Shown piece after piece: positions 12,465 through 25,483 of a stretch of DNA of 64,000 bases (positions are counted from its first letter, which is position 1; every line of letters begins with the position of its first letter). A program made the position numbers and the translations under genes. Source of the DNA: Octopus vulgaris (taxonomy: Eukaryota); assembly GCA_951406725.2 (NCBI GenBank), contig OX597822.1, positions 77,686,001-77,750,000 of the forward strand. The letters are read 5' to 3'. The notes beneath the pieces are model-generated. The model made no database searches. It worked only from the letters and a program-made list of their open reading frames with translations, and was not told where the DNA came from.

Positions 12465-12802
12465 TATATACGATGGGCTTCTTTCAGTTTCCGTCTACCA
12501 AATCCACTGAAAAGGCTTTGGTCAGCCTGAGGCTATAACAGAAGACACTTGCCCAAGGTGCCACACAGTGGGACTGAACCTGGAACCATGTGGTTTGTAA
12601 GCAAGCTACTTACCACACAGCCACTCCTATGCCTATAAGCATAGATTATTAAAAAATTGTTAAAATATTTAGTGCATTGCAGAAGTACAACTGAACTATT
12701 GCTCATAAACTTTAGCAATAAAAATTTTATATAGACCCCCAAGAGTTATATGCCCCCCATCCCCACTACCAGTGTAATATGGACCCCAGTTGAGAACCAC
12801 TG
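12075..12802. mobile_element. hAT-like MITE remnant interrupted by a full SINE-A (12173-12635, minus)
   Basis: The right end gttgagaaccactg is the reverse complement of cagtggttctcaac, with repeated ggaccc subterminal motifs. A complete SINE-A lies inside. Confidence 0.65.
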
Positions 12803-13459
12803 ATGGTGATGATGTTGATCCCACTGCTGTCATCACCACCACATCATCTTCAACTGTAAAATTGAAACCCATTATAAGATTATTTCTTTCAAAGCTAGTT
12901 GGATATCTTTAACCATGTCTTTGAAACAGTCAGAAAAAAAGGAGTCCTGCAAGATGTGTATTCTCAAACTATTCGACCATTTCTGGAATTAATTCATACC
13001 ACTATAACTATGCACTCTTTAACTACACACTCAACCTTGATGTCTGATTTTCCTTTCTTGGCTGTTTGCTCATACATTCCGGAATTTACTTCTGTTACTG
13101 TTTTCCTTTTACCTTTTACAAGATTCAGTCATTGGATTGCAGCCAGGTCATGCTGGGTTCCACCTTGAAGGGTTTAATAAACATATTGATTTCAGTATTG
13201 AATTTTTTAAAGTCTGAGGTTTATTCTTTTGGTCACTCAAGCTAAACTGTTAAGTTTCAGGGATGTAAACAAACCAACACCAAGTGTCAATAAGTTGGTG
13301 GGGAAACAAACTAAAACACACACATAATGATGGGCTCCATACAGTGCTTTCTGACCAGATTCACTCTTGAGGAATTGGTTGGCCCAGGACTGACTGTAGC
13401 AGTAAGAAGTTTCTCAAGGTGCTACACATTGGGACTGAACCTGAAATCCCAGGGTTAAA

Positions 13460-13780
13460 ACTGGCCCTCTGTCAGTTATGATCATGAGGGTTCCAGTTGT
13501 TCTGATCAATGGAAGAACCAACTCATGAAATTAACGTACACATGGCTAAGCACTCCACAGACATATGTGCCCTTAAGGTAGCCCTGTGAGAGATTCAGCA
13601 TAACTCAGATTGTGACAAGGCTGGCCTTTAGAATTACAGGTAAAACTCATGTTTGCAAACTGAGTGAACTGGGGCAACATGAAATGAAGTATCTTGCTCA
13701 AGGATGCAGTGTATCACTAGGAATCCAACTCTTGACTTTACAATTATGAGCCAGGTAGCCTAACCATTATGCCACACAGC
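13460..13780 (-). mobile_element. SINE family D (tRNA head, ~330 bp)
   Basis: Homologous to 61055-61378. Minus-strand head tggcttagtggttaggg...gtgagttcaattcc...tgtgtccttgagcaagacact. Partial copies at ~26460-26635, 44810-44950 and 48125-48455. Confidence 0.8.
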
Positions 13781-14613
13781 CACACACCATTATGGAAACA
13801 TTTTCATTAATGTATCTTTAGAAAAGAGATTGTTGTTTGCATAAAGATTCTTTCACAAATCTGAGCTTGTCTAAATTAAAAGTGTCTTTCAGTATGTTGT
13901 ATTCCTTGTGTTTTAGTCAAATAGTTCTGTTGAAGTTCACATTTTTCATAAATTGATACTGAATCATTACAGATAAGACACACACAAAGTACACATACAC
14001 ACACAAACATACAAACACACATACACACACATGCAACACTCACACACACACACGCAACACTTACACGCATACAATTTCCTTTTACTTCGACGCATGGAAT
14101 AATTATCTGCCATCTTCCAATGAACAAAGAACTTCCACCAGCAACGCTTTTTCTGTTATCAGTATCAGCTATTACATAAGTGATTACTTTTAGACGCCTT
14201 TCAATCGTGATTTTAAATCTTTAATGAAAATTAGTAAATGAACAGTAAATATTGTCATCACCGTTATCATCATCATCATCGTCATCATCATCAGCTTTGT
14301 GTCAAGTATCATTTAACGTCCACTTTTCCATGCTTGTCTGGGTCAGATAGAGTTTATTGAGGTAAAACTTTTCTACAGTCGGGTACTCTTCCTGTCACCA
14401 ACCCTTATTTCCAAATGAGGTAATGTTTCCCTATGGCCAGACATGCTTCTGCCGGACACTGGAAATGAATGACACTGCTTGTATTACAGTGACACTCATT
14501 TACAAGTATCACATGATACCAAGAAAAAGGGACATAAACATACACTGCCCCTCCCCCCATACTCACACACACACACACGTTTATATATACAAAAATTATG
14601 ATATTAACTCCAT

Positions 14614-14698
14614 TGGCTTACATCTTTTTCTGCTATAGCTTCAATGCACTTATAGCTGATTGCTTGAATATCACCCTGTAGCTTCATCAGAGCTTCAA
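14614..14698 (-). ncRNA. Degenerate type I hammerhead-like motif with long stem II
   Basis: Minus strand reads gct CTGATGA agctac...tatagc a GAAA aagat GTA agc. Stem I is gct/agc and stem II is gcta/tagc plus ttcaagc/gcattgaa. Stem III is poor. Confidence 0.4.
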
Positions 14699-14948
14699 TA
14701 ACGAACCCGATTATTAATATCCCAATGCGTAAGCAATATATATATATATATATATAATTAAGAGTTTAGCGAAAAGTTGCTTCCCCACATACCGAAAATT
14801 TAGAAATAGCAGCCAAAAGACAGCTAATTCTTTTAACTACAAATATGACTCCACAGACAACAATATTTGTAACTCACATAGGCAAAAAGAAGATAATGGT
14901 TTTTCCATACCAAAACTACTTGGTAAAATTTGTTAATTATTTAATTAA

Positions 14949-15331
14949 CTAGCAGTATCGCCCGGCGTTGCTCAGGTTTGTAAGGGAAATAACTATAAAG
15001 CATTTTTAGAGAGTTATAGCTAAAAAATAGCAAAAAAATGGAAAAAAATGATGGTAAATTTTTTTGAGAGTAAAAAAAGGTGGAGTTGCGTCCCCTAGAC
15101 AGTTTGCGGTTTGTGTTTCTAATTCTCGACCCCATGTCGAATTTATTGATTTTTTTCAGAACTGGGGGAACTTTTCAAAATTTTCGGTGCGTTAGTTTTG
15201 AATTATGACATTGGGCTATGTGTGTGTCAAGTTTCATCAGAATCGGTTGAAAGCCGTGGTCAGGGTGAGGGTACAAGCAAACAGACACACAGAAACACGC
15301 ACAGACAAACTGCCGTTTATATAGAGAGAGA
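14949..15331 (-). mobile_element. Non-autonomous Helitron
   Basis: On the minus strand it begins TC (15331), ends CTAG (14952-14949), has the subterminal hairpin cccggcgttgctcagg, sits between A and T, and has no TSD. Confidence 0.85.
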
Positions 15332-15359
15332 TAATTCTTTACCCTATATCTGTAATGAG

Positions 15360-15391
<32 letters not shown>

Positions 15392-16117
15392 CAAAATTAT
15401 ATATATACAAAATTATATATATATATATATATCTACGTATACATATACATACATACATACATACATACATCAGGGTTCTTTTAGTTTCCGTCTACTAAAT
15501 CCACTGAGAAGGCTTTAATTGACCTAGGGCTGTAGTAGAAGACACTTGCCCAAGGTGCTGCATGGAACTGAACCCAAACCACATGATTCCAAAGCAAGCT
15601 TCTTGACCATAGAGCTATGCCTGCACAATAAGAGATTTTTTTTTTTTTTGTTAGCTGAAAAAAAAATAAAGATTACAAAGTATATTTTCCAATGATGAAT
15701 GTACAGAAACCAGCCTTGAAAACTAATGTGTAAAAGAAAATCTATTTAAGGAAAGAAACAGAGAGAGAGAGAGAACAAATGGTCAGGAAAAACAAAAACA
15801 ATAATGTGAAACCAATGGACACAAACACACTCGTCGCTTTGCCAGCTGTCAAGTTGATAGCACCGTCAGTTACAATTTTGACACGTTTGACTGTACTTTT
15901 TTGTATCAAGTGTGTTAACAGCATAGAATTTACCAGGGATATGGTGCATAGGCGTGAATATTGTACAATGACAGGAAAAACAAGTCCATGAAGACATTAT
16001 CAGGAAAAAGGGTTACACATATTTTTTCTCACACACACATATACCCACAAACACACACACATCTATACACACACCCCTGCATGTTTACACACACACACAC
16101 CTTTGTATGTATGCATT

Positions 16118-16307
16118 TATAATAATAAATACCGAAGATGGAGAGCTTCTTACAATGCAAAAATGGGAAAGTTAAGTAACATTTATATATTTCAAGTGAA
16201 GGGGCCAACATTTGATGATGGGCCTTTGTGCCTGAAATATATAAAGGTTACTTTCTTTGCCCTTTTTGCATTGTAAGAAGCCCTCTGTCTTCATTATTTG
16301 TTATTTT
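16118..16307. repeat. Inverted repeat (~90-bp arms) with degenerate hammerhead-like centre
   Basis: cttcttacaatgcaaaaa pairs with tttttgcattgtaagaag and tttatatatttca pairs with tgaaatatataaa. The centre reads ttTGATGA tgggc ctttgt gcct GAAAtatata aagg. Confidence 0.7.
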
Positions 16308-16584
16308 ACTTCTGTATCACAATGTTTCAAGCAAATTACTGTGCTTTCGATGTATAATATGCATTCTTTTTCACATTAAATAATAAACAATCCTGAACAG
16401 AGGGAGCATTGACGTAAATTCCATAGTTTTATTGCTATTGTAAAAAATTTACAAAAACGCCGTATTTTTGGAGTTTAGGAGGCTTGAGGGAGTAAATGGC
16501 CTTCAACATTTAAATTTGATTTGTCAAAATATTTTCGTCGCTTTGAGACTGTGACCTGTTCACTGACAAAATTTTGTGCTGCAT

Positions 16585-16808
16585 ACATCCGATCTGGAAC
16601 ATGGAGTTTCATCAGAATGAAAAAAATACATAAAATGAAAGAACAGAAAAGAAGAGCCCCGGGAGGAGGAATGAAGGGTTTCACTGCAAAATGGTATGAT
16701 TCAAATATATTAAGCCTTCATCCCTCTTCCCGAGGCTCTTCTTTTCTTTTCTTTTATTTTATGTATTTTTTTCACTCTGATGAAGCTCCGTGTTCCAGAT
16801 TGGATGTG
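16585..16808. repeat. Inverted repeat (~95-bp arms), each arm containing CTGATGAA
   Basis: catccgatctggaacatggagtttcatcagaatgaaaaaaatacataaaat...agaagagcc is mirrored by ggctcttct...attttatgtattttttcactctgatgaagctccgtgttccagattggatg. Confidence 0.85.
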
Positions 16809-17499
16809 TTACAAAATATGACAAATATTATTCTTAGAATTTTCCTTGGCAATACTGCAGGACATAGAAAGCAGAAACAGCTGTTAGATGGCATAGAGTT
16901 TTGTATTAAAAAATAATAATCGATGGTAGTCAATTGTTGTTGATGAAGATTTCTCCATTTTCTGCTTAATTTATATATATATATATATATATATATAAGA
17001 GAACGTTATTATTCTTTAAAACAATAACATTAGTGGCGGCGAATCTAAAAGCCATATAGACAAAATTAATTATATTTAAGATGTATAAATATGTTTATAT
17101 GTACTAAGGTACTACATAAGTACCTGCTCTGCTAAAAAATAGAAGTCAAAATACTCCTAAGCACAATAGGAAAACATTTTAGTAAATAAGAATAGCGTCT
17201 TACCTCTGCAAAGGATGCAGAAGGAATGTCAGTTAATCTGATATTATGGTTTTGAATTTAGTGCCAAAAGCACCTGATTCTCTTCAGTCAGATCTACAGG
17301 AGACATCTAATAGTATTCACCGCTACCATGCTTGTAATTCGTTTGAGTTCTCGAACACCATTGAAACAAACGAACCATGTGAAATTATTCATAAATATAA
17401 GAGAACATTGTTATTCCTAAAAATAATAATGTTAGGGGCTGCGAGCGTAAAAACCATATAGACAAAATTGATAATTATATATAAGATATATAAATATAT

Positions 17500-17888
17500 A
17501 GGCACAGGAGTCACTGTGTGGTAAGTAGCTTACTTACCACATGGTTCTGGGTTCAGTCCCATTGCGTGGAACCTTGGGCAAGTGTCTTCTACTATAACCT
17601 TGGGCCAACCAAAGCCTTGTGAGTGGATTTGGTAGGCGGAAACTGAAAAAAGCCCATCATATATATGTGTGTGTGTGTTTGTGTATCTGTGTTTGTACTT
17701 CCACCATTGCTTGACAACCAAAGTTGGTGTACTTACATCCTTGTAACTTAGCAGTTCGGCAGAAGAGACCAATAGAATAAGTACTAGACTTACAAAGAAT
17801 AAGTTCTGGGGCTGATTTGTTCAACTAAAGGTGGTGCTCCAGCATGGCTGTAGTCAAATGACTGAAACAAGTAAAAGAATAAAAGAAT
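17500..17888 (+). mobile_element. Full-length SINE family A
   Basis: Complete head-to-tail copy in a (TA)-rich site. Other near-full copies lie at 19470-19890, 22563-22945, 30683-31065(-), 33733-34170(-), 39200-39592(-), 49485-49887(-) and 54460-54820. Confidence 0.92.
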
Positions 17889-20789
17889 ATATATATATAT
17901 ATAAATACTAGGGTAATACATAAGCACCTGCTTTGCTAGAAATAGAAGTCAACATACTTCTAAGCCACAGAAGAATCGATGCACACTCACATATGTACAC
18001 AGTCACATGCATTCACACATATATGCAAGTGAGCACTGGATATGTTAGAAACAGTCATCAAATTTTCTCTGCCACCCACCACCCTGAAAACAATGACATT
18101 TTGAATTATGTCATCATAGAGGTAAAGATTGGATACTCAAGCATCTTTGCCCTGCTGCCCACAGTTCGTAGGTTAACTAACTTTTGCTATTGTAGCTTAC
18201 TTTTACACCTCAAGCTAAAAATAATTCAGCAAACAACAGTGAATGATATTAACGTATATGACAATTTAACACGTCACACATGGCAATTAGCACTGAAGAA
18301 ATTGCCAATTCCAATATACGTTTTGTTATAATAAACATATTTCGTTGTTAAAATCATTATGTATAAATAAATGGATTTCGTTGTTCAACAAAAATATCTT
18401 TGACAATAATCTTTCCATAGATGAAAGCGATAGAGAAATGGAAAGCTTAAATTAAAGAAATAGACAGCTTTAATATATCTTAGAGCTATAATAAATAAAA
18501 TTCAATTGCTACATGTTTCAATTGCTACATGTAATATGTTAAATTATGACATTTGCAGGAACTGCTGCATTTTCTTGTGCTATACATGGAAAAATCAGCA
18601 TGCCTACACAAGTGTTCCCCATCGCCCCTACACTGACTTTGTTTCCTCATAACTGTCTGAAAACTACATATTTTTTAATGAAATTTTCTACAAAGGTTCA
18701 GATGTGGCTGTGTAGCAAGAAGTTTGCTTCCAAAGCACATGGTTCAGGGTTCAGTACCATTGTGTGACACCTTGGGAAAGTGTCTTCTACTCTAGCCTCA
18801 GGCCAACCGAAGCCTTGTGAATGGATTTGGTAGACGGAAACTGAAAGAAATCCCATCATATATGTATGTATATACATACGTATATATGTATAAATTCATG
18901 TGTGTGTCTTTGTGTCTATCCCCCCCACCACTGCTTGACAACCAATGTTGGTATGTTTACATCCTTGTAACTTAACAGTTCAGCAAAAGAGGCTGATAGA
19001 ATAAGTGCTAGGCTTACAAAGAATATGAACTGGGATACACGACAACAGATTAAATAGATTAGCATTGGGCTTCTAGACACATGAGATCCCAAGTCAACTG
19101 CCCAGTGTACCCATGCCTGCAGATGGCACTGCATATGATCAAAGGCATTTAAGCCATGACAGTCCAATCTTATCACAAGCAAAGCATCTCAGGCTGCAAT
19201 AGACGTTTTCTCTCACTTTCTCTTTCTTTCTCTCTCACTCTTTCTCTCCCTCCCTCTCTCTTTCAAAATACACAACATAATTTAAGAGAGATTTGGCTGC
19301 TATTTATAGCAGGTCGAGCAACAGGAGATAGGATTCCCCTTATTTTTCTGGTCTTAGGTATCAGCAGGACTGAACCATGACCCATACATGCCCTAAGCAC
19401 TTAAATGATTTTGGTGCCCCCACATATATGTATATCAAAATATAAACCATAAAATGAATTTTTTTTCCCATAGGCATAGGAGTGGCTGTGTGGTAAGTAG
19501 CTTGCTTATGAACCACATGGTTCCAGGTTCATTCCCACTGCATGGCACCTTGGGCAAGTGTCTTCTACTATAGCCTCTGGCTGACCAAATCCTTGAGTGG
19601 ATTTGGTAGACAGAAACTGGAAGTAGCCCGTCATATATATGTATATATATATGTATGTGTATGTATTTGTTTGTGCGTGTGTATATGTTTGTGTGTCTGT
19701 GTTTGTCCCCCATCATCACTTGACAACTGATGCTGGTGTGTTTACGTCCCCTTAATTTAGCGGTTTGGCAAAAGAGACCGATAGAATAAGTACTAGGCTT
19801 ACAAAGAATAAGTCCTGGGGTTGATTTGCTCAACTAAAGGTGGTGCTCCAGCATGGCCTCAGTCAAATGACTGAAACAAGTAAAAGAGTAAAATGAAACA
19901 AGACTAACAGGAAGATGGAAAATAATGTTTATTTTTGTATAATAAACACTTAATATATTTGAAACATTTTCTCCTTTTTTTAATGGCTAAATGTTTGATC
20001 AGATCTTCACTGTGACACCATGAACACTTTGAAATTATATTTACAATCATGTAGACCACTTTGAATATTATTTTAACAATTATCATAATTTAAGGCAGGA
20101 TCGTTAGCATGACGGGCAAAATGCTTAGCGGCATTTTGTCCATGTTTGTGTTCTGAGTTCAAATTCCACCAAGGTCCACTTTGCCATAAGGTCTGAAATT
20201 TTGGGAGAGAGGACCAGTCGATTACATTAACCCCAGTGTTTCACTGGTACTTAGTTTACCATTTCCGTGGAACCCCACCTTCCTTTGATGGTCTAAGCAC
20301 ATGCTTATTTAGCTTAATGGTTAATCTAGCACTGGGTATCAGTGAGAAAGCAAAAAAAAAAAAAACAAACAAACTGTTGAGCTGCTTTTAACCCAATACA
20401 TAAATTATTCAGTGATTACACATGTCTCACGTTTATCTCTGTCCTCCATCTAATCCTGTCCACACTCGTCATACCATCAACGAACAATAGCTTCTGTGTC
20501 CTCAAGACTTCTTACTTTACTCACTTAAATGATACACAGTGAATAATTAAATTAAACTGGAGTAAAACTTATCTCAAAACCCGAAGACAAAAATTAAAAG
20601 AGAATAACAAACAGAGAAATGTGTAAAATGAATTTACAGATTCAAAACTGTTTACTAAAAGGAAACAGTTTCATAGATAAAGCATTCCTTTCTTTGAGTA
20701 TGTGTCTTCTCTTTCTGCCCATTCATATTTGAAGACAAAAATCAGAACATTTCTAAATGCTTTGCCTTTTTTTTTTTTTACTGTCTTTC

Positions 20790-21457
20790 CTAGCTTTATG
20801 GCTAACTTCTCCTTTACTTATCTCTCTCTGTCTCTTTCTCTATCCCAGTTTCTATCTCTCTCTTTCTTTCTCTATACATTCCCTTCTGTCTCTACATGCC
20901 CCCCACTCTCTCTATTTTGTCATCATTGTCTCTTTTTCACTCTCTCCTTCCTTCTCCATATCTTTTCATTTTTGCTGTTTCTCTCTCTTTCTCTCTCCCT
21001 CCCCCTCTCTTTATATATACATCTCCCTTTGTCACACTCTGTCTCTCTCACACAATCTCTCCTTCAATCTCTTTCTCCCTTCCTCTCCCTTTCTTGGTGT
21101 TTCTTTTTAGCTTTTCTTTCTCACAGCATGTCTTCACTTTATTTCCTTTTCACCATTCACTCTGATATATTTTCTGTTTATCTCTCTCTCCCTCTCTCTT
21201 TCCCTCGCCCTCTCTCCCCTCTTTTTCTTTGGCTCTCTCTCCCCTCTCTTTTTCTCTGCCTCTCTCTCCTCCATCCTCTCCTCTCTTTTTCTCTACATCT
21301 CTCTCCCCTCTCTCTCCCTCTTGCTCGCCCTCTCCCTCTTGCTCGCCCTCCCCCTCTCTCCCCTTCTCTCTCTTCTCCTCTTCTTTTTCTCTCCCTCCCT
21401 CTTCCCCTTTCTTTGCCTCTCTCTCCCTCTCTCCCCATCCATGTATGTTTTTTTTTA

Positions 21458-21496
<39 letters not shown>

Positions 21497-21620
21497 CTTA
21501 TATCTATGCTGCATTGTCTTTCTCTTTACCTCTATACACTTCGCCCACCATATCTCTCTCAACTCCCAGCCTCTCTCTCATCACTTCATGTCCTCCTTCA
21601 TACAATCTATATCCATTCTT
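20790..21620. repeat. Polypyrimidine (CT-rich) low-complexity tract
   Basis: About 800 bp dominated by ctct/ctcc. Confidence 0.93.
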
Positions 21621-22009
21621 TAATCTATTCCAATTACAGTGCTGGATAGGTTTCTTTTCTTTTTATGAGATCCATCATCGATTATGCCTGTCCTGCCCAA
21701 GCTCCCAGTATTTCTACAACAAATCACAACGAACTACAAAGAACCCAAAATAGAGTACTTTGCGTCATCATATACCACTTAAAAAACGAGCCCAAAATAC
21801 ACATGAAAGATCATTGAGATATGTGAGGGATATATATTTTCTGGTTGTAGTGATCACCAGCCTTCATAGACCTACCACTTACAAGAATGATTCCCCACAT
21901 ACATATACATACACACACAGATTCATACATCATTGAACAGCACTGTGCCATCTTAAGAATACAATATCTTTCCTTCATCCCATGTGTGTATGTATGTGTA
22001 TATATATAT

Positions 22010-22041
<32 letters not shown>

Positions 22042-22042
22042 T

Positions 22043-22510
22043 TAGAGTGGTTGTATACTGTCAACTTAACGTGACAGTAGGGGATTACACCACCGCTGTT
22101 TAGCCCTAGGAAGCATCGAAGCTTCCTGTCGGCTTCGACACATTTTCTGTGTCCTTATATATTTACGAAGGGGAGACAAATACCCCCAACAGCTAGGCCT
22201 GCATCTAGAGACACGCATGTTTCAGGGTCTTTGCCCATCATCGGTCTAGAGTAGCAGAAGCCTGCTAGCTGAAGATATCTGTCTCGACTTCGTAAACATA
22301 TATATCTAATTTTCAGTGAAGTTTATTCACTGATCACCAAAATCAGAAATATTAAATTTCTAAATATCTCATAGAGATATGTACGGTGGTGGGGCGATAG
22401 AGTGGTTGAATACTGTCAACTTAACGTGACAGTAGGGGATTACACCACCGCTGTTTAGCCCTAGGAAGCATCGACGCTTCCTGTCAGCTTCGACACATTT
22501 CCTGTGTCCT

Positions 22511-22517
<7 letters not shown>
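22043..22517 (-). mobile_element. Retrozyme-like element: 355-nt monomer plus ~120-nt terminal redundancy
   Basis: Direct repeat 22043-22162 / 22398-22517 (period 355), an internal hammerhead, many hairpins and (TA)n flanks. Confidence 0.75.
22204..22250 (-). ncRNA. Type I hammerhead ribozyme motif (core CCGAUGA, one mismatch to CUGAUGA)
   Basis: Minus strand reads TCTAGA CCGATGA t GGG caaaga CCC t GAAAC AT gc GT GTC TCTAGA. Stems I, II and III all pair. The GUC cleavage site falls between 22210 and 22209. Confidence 0.8.
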
Positions 22518-22549
<32 letters not shown>

Positions 22550-23232
22550 AAATATATGTGTACATGGCGTGGCTGTGTGGTAAGAAGCTTGCTTCCCAAC
22601 CACATGGTTTTAGGTTCAGTCCCACAGCGTGGCACCTTGGGCAAGTGTCTTCTACTGTAGCCTTGGGCCGACCAAAGCCTTGTAAGTGGATTTGGCAGAC
22701 AGAAAGAAGCTCGTTCTATATATGTGTGTGTGTTTGTGTATGTTTGTCCCCCTGCCATAGCTTAACAACCGATGCTGGTGTGTTTATGTCCTGTAACTTA
22801 GCAGTTTGGCAAAAGGGTGATAGAATAAGTACTGGGCTTACAAAGAACAAATCCTGGGGTTGATTTCTTCGACTAAAACCCTTCAAGGCAGTGCTCCAGC
22901 ATGACCACAATCAAATGAGTGAAACAAGTAAAAGAATAAAAGAATATATGTATACACATATGCACATATATGTATGACTATATCGTTGCTATTGTATCAT
23001 AGAGCCAAAGCATTGTCTTTTCTGAAAACAAAAACATAGTTTCACCATTCCATAGCAAAACCGTTGTACTACACTTTGACAATTTTTGATATCTTGGCAT
23101 CTAAAGCAGCTGGGGATACGATAGTTTGACCAAAAGAACTGGCTGTTGCAAACAAAACTAAATATTGAAAAAAGCGCATTTGCTCAAATTTGGACAAATT
23201 ACATAATAGCAAGAGTATATACATAAATATGT

Positions 23233-23385
23233 GTAGTTCTATATTTAAGAGATGAGGAATTATGTACATTATTTACATTTGACCGATATTTGTCCACAAC
23301 GTTTTGGTTGATATACCCTCCAGCCTTCATCAGGTGTCTTGGGAAAATTTCGAACCTAAGGTATTTTTTGATGTTGTTGTTATTA

Positions 23386-23427
<42 letters not shown>

Positions 23428-23690
23428 TCGCTGGAATCAAACTCGGAATCTTGGACTTATGGTGTAGTAGTTAAGAGTGCGGTGTACTAACCCCAAGATA
23501 CAGAGTTCGGTTCCAGTGACCTGAATAATTATAATAACAACAACACCAACTAAAAATACTTCAGGAATGAGAACCCAGGTTCAAAATTTCCCCAAGACAC
23601 CTGATGAAAGTTGGGGGTATATCAGCCGAAATGTTGTGTTAACAACAAGCAAAATGAGGAAAAATATCCGTCAAATGTAAATAATGTATA
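23233..23690. mobile_element. tRNA-headed, hammerhead-bearing SINE-like element as an inverted partial dimer (copy 1)
   Basis: The + monomer at ~23456-23690 has an A box tggtgtagtag, a B-box-like gagttcggttcc and an HHR at 23596-23640. It is preceded by an inverted, 5'-truncated copy at 23233-23455. Confidence 0.8.
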
Positions 23691-25364
23691 AGCGTGTGTG
23701 TATGTGTGAGCATCATTTAACAACCCTGTTTCTATGCTTGTATTGGTCAGGTGCAATTTGTTGAGGCAGATTCTCTCCATCCTGTTGTCCATTCTGTTGG
23801 CAACCCTTACTTGTTCTCAAGCAAGTTAATATTACCCAATGGCCAGATGGATTAAGCATGGAAGACTGGAAACAAACAGCATTGCTTGTGTTGCAGCAAT
23901 GCTCATTTACAACCTTATCATCATCATTTAATGTCAAACCATCCAACCATTGCTGGCTTGGGTTGGATGGTATGACAAGGAGCTGGTGAAGCTGAAGGGC
24001 TGCATCGGGCTCCAGTCATCTGTTTTGGCATGGTTTCTACAGCTGGATACCCTTCCTAACACCAACTACTTTACAGAGTGTACTCTGGGTGCCTTTTATA
24101 TGACATTGGCTCATATTTACCATAACTAGGGAAGTTCCTTTATTAACTGCCAATCGGACTTCAGTGTGATTTCATTACCTTAAGGCTGGAACATTACCTC
24201 CGATGGAGTGGAACAGCGTTTGAAAATACTGCCTAATGTTGTTTGGAAATATAGAAGTAAACACTTGTATCTGGACTGCCAATCATCAACAGATAAATCT
24301 CAAGTGCAGCATTGTCATCATCATCATCATCAATTAACATCCGCTTTCCATGCTGGCATGGGTTGCACAGTTTGACTGAAAATTAGTAAGCTAGGAAGCT
24401 ACACCAGGTTCCAATCTGATTTGGCATGGTTTCTACAGCTGGATGTCCTTCCTAATGCCAACCACTCCAAGAGTGTAATGGGTGCACTTTACGTGCCACC
24501 AGCACGGCACCAGCATCAGACACAACTACAAACAAAATACAGTAGTGAAAGTAATTGAATTTCTGCATATAACTTTATCTTGTTCCATTCTAAACAAAAC
24601 TGTCCAACGAATGGGAACATGGAAGTCTGAGTAACAGTTTTTGTGATATTTTTGCTGCTTTTTACTAAAGTATATGTGTGCATGTGTGTGTATGTATATG
24701 TATATATCTTTTTGAATCTAGTTGTATGTGTTTATGTGTCTAAGTGTGCGTCTATTTATATGTGCAAAGCCTAATGGTGTTTTAGCAACATCACTGCCTC
24801 TCCGTATATGTATATATACACACATATAGCAATATTTGTACGTATGTATGAAAATATATATGGACGTTTTCATGTGTGTGTGTGTATGTGTGCTATAACA
24901 AAATTAAATATTCTGAAGCAAATATTAAAGAGATCTCACCTAGGATTTGTTTGAAATATGCACTGAAACCAATTCAAATGAAGTTCTTTGAATATTATGA
25001 AATACTTGAATTCAATTTTCCAATTTTCACATCCAATATCTTGAAGAGGAAACATAATGCCTATTTGTCTTAAAACAGCAGTTACCCGTTGTACTTAAGT
25101 ACTTGTTGCTAGATTAAAGTACAGCTCTTGAGGGATTTCTTTAGTGTTACAATTTTATGTATACTAGTCTATACATGCACATGCACACTCACACACACAC
25201 ACACACACACAAATATACACACGCGTTTTTCCATATCTATGTATTTTATATATATATACGTGTTTGTATGTATGTATATATGTATATACGCACACATATC
25301 TGTATGTATATAATATATACACACACACACCCTCACATACGTGCATATATAAACACACAAATAT

Positions 25365-25399
<35 letters not shown>

Positions 25400-25434
25400 C
25401 ATATGTGTATGTGTGTGTGTGATAAATACATACG

Positions 25435-25483
<49 letters not shown>

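Noticed and set aside
17203-17380. Possible minus-strand exon ending at cagag|gtaaga
   Set aside because: All frames are interrupted by stops within ~60-100 bp, with no convincing acceptor or homology.
20702-21753. 315-aa Leu/Ser-rich ORF and overlapping ORFs
   Set aside because: The CT-rich tract lacks stop codons by composition.
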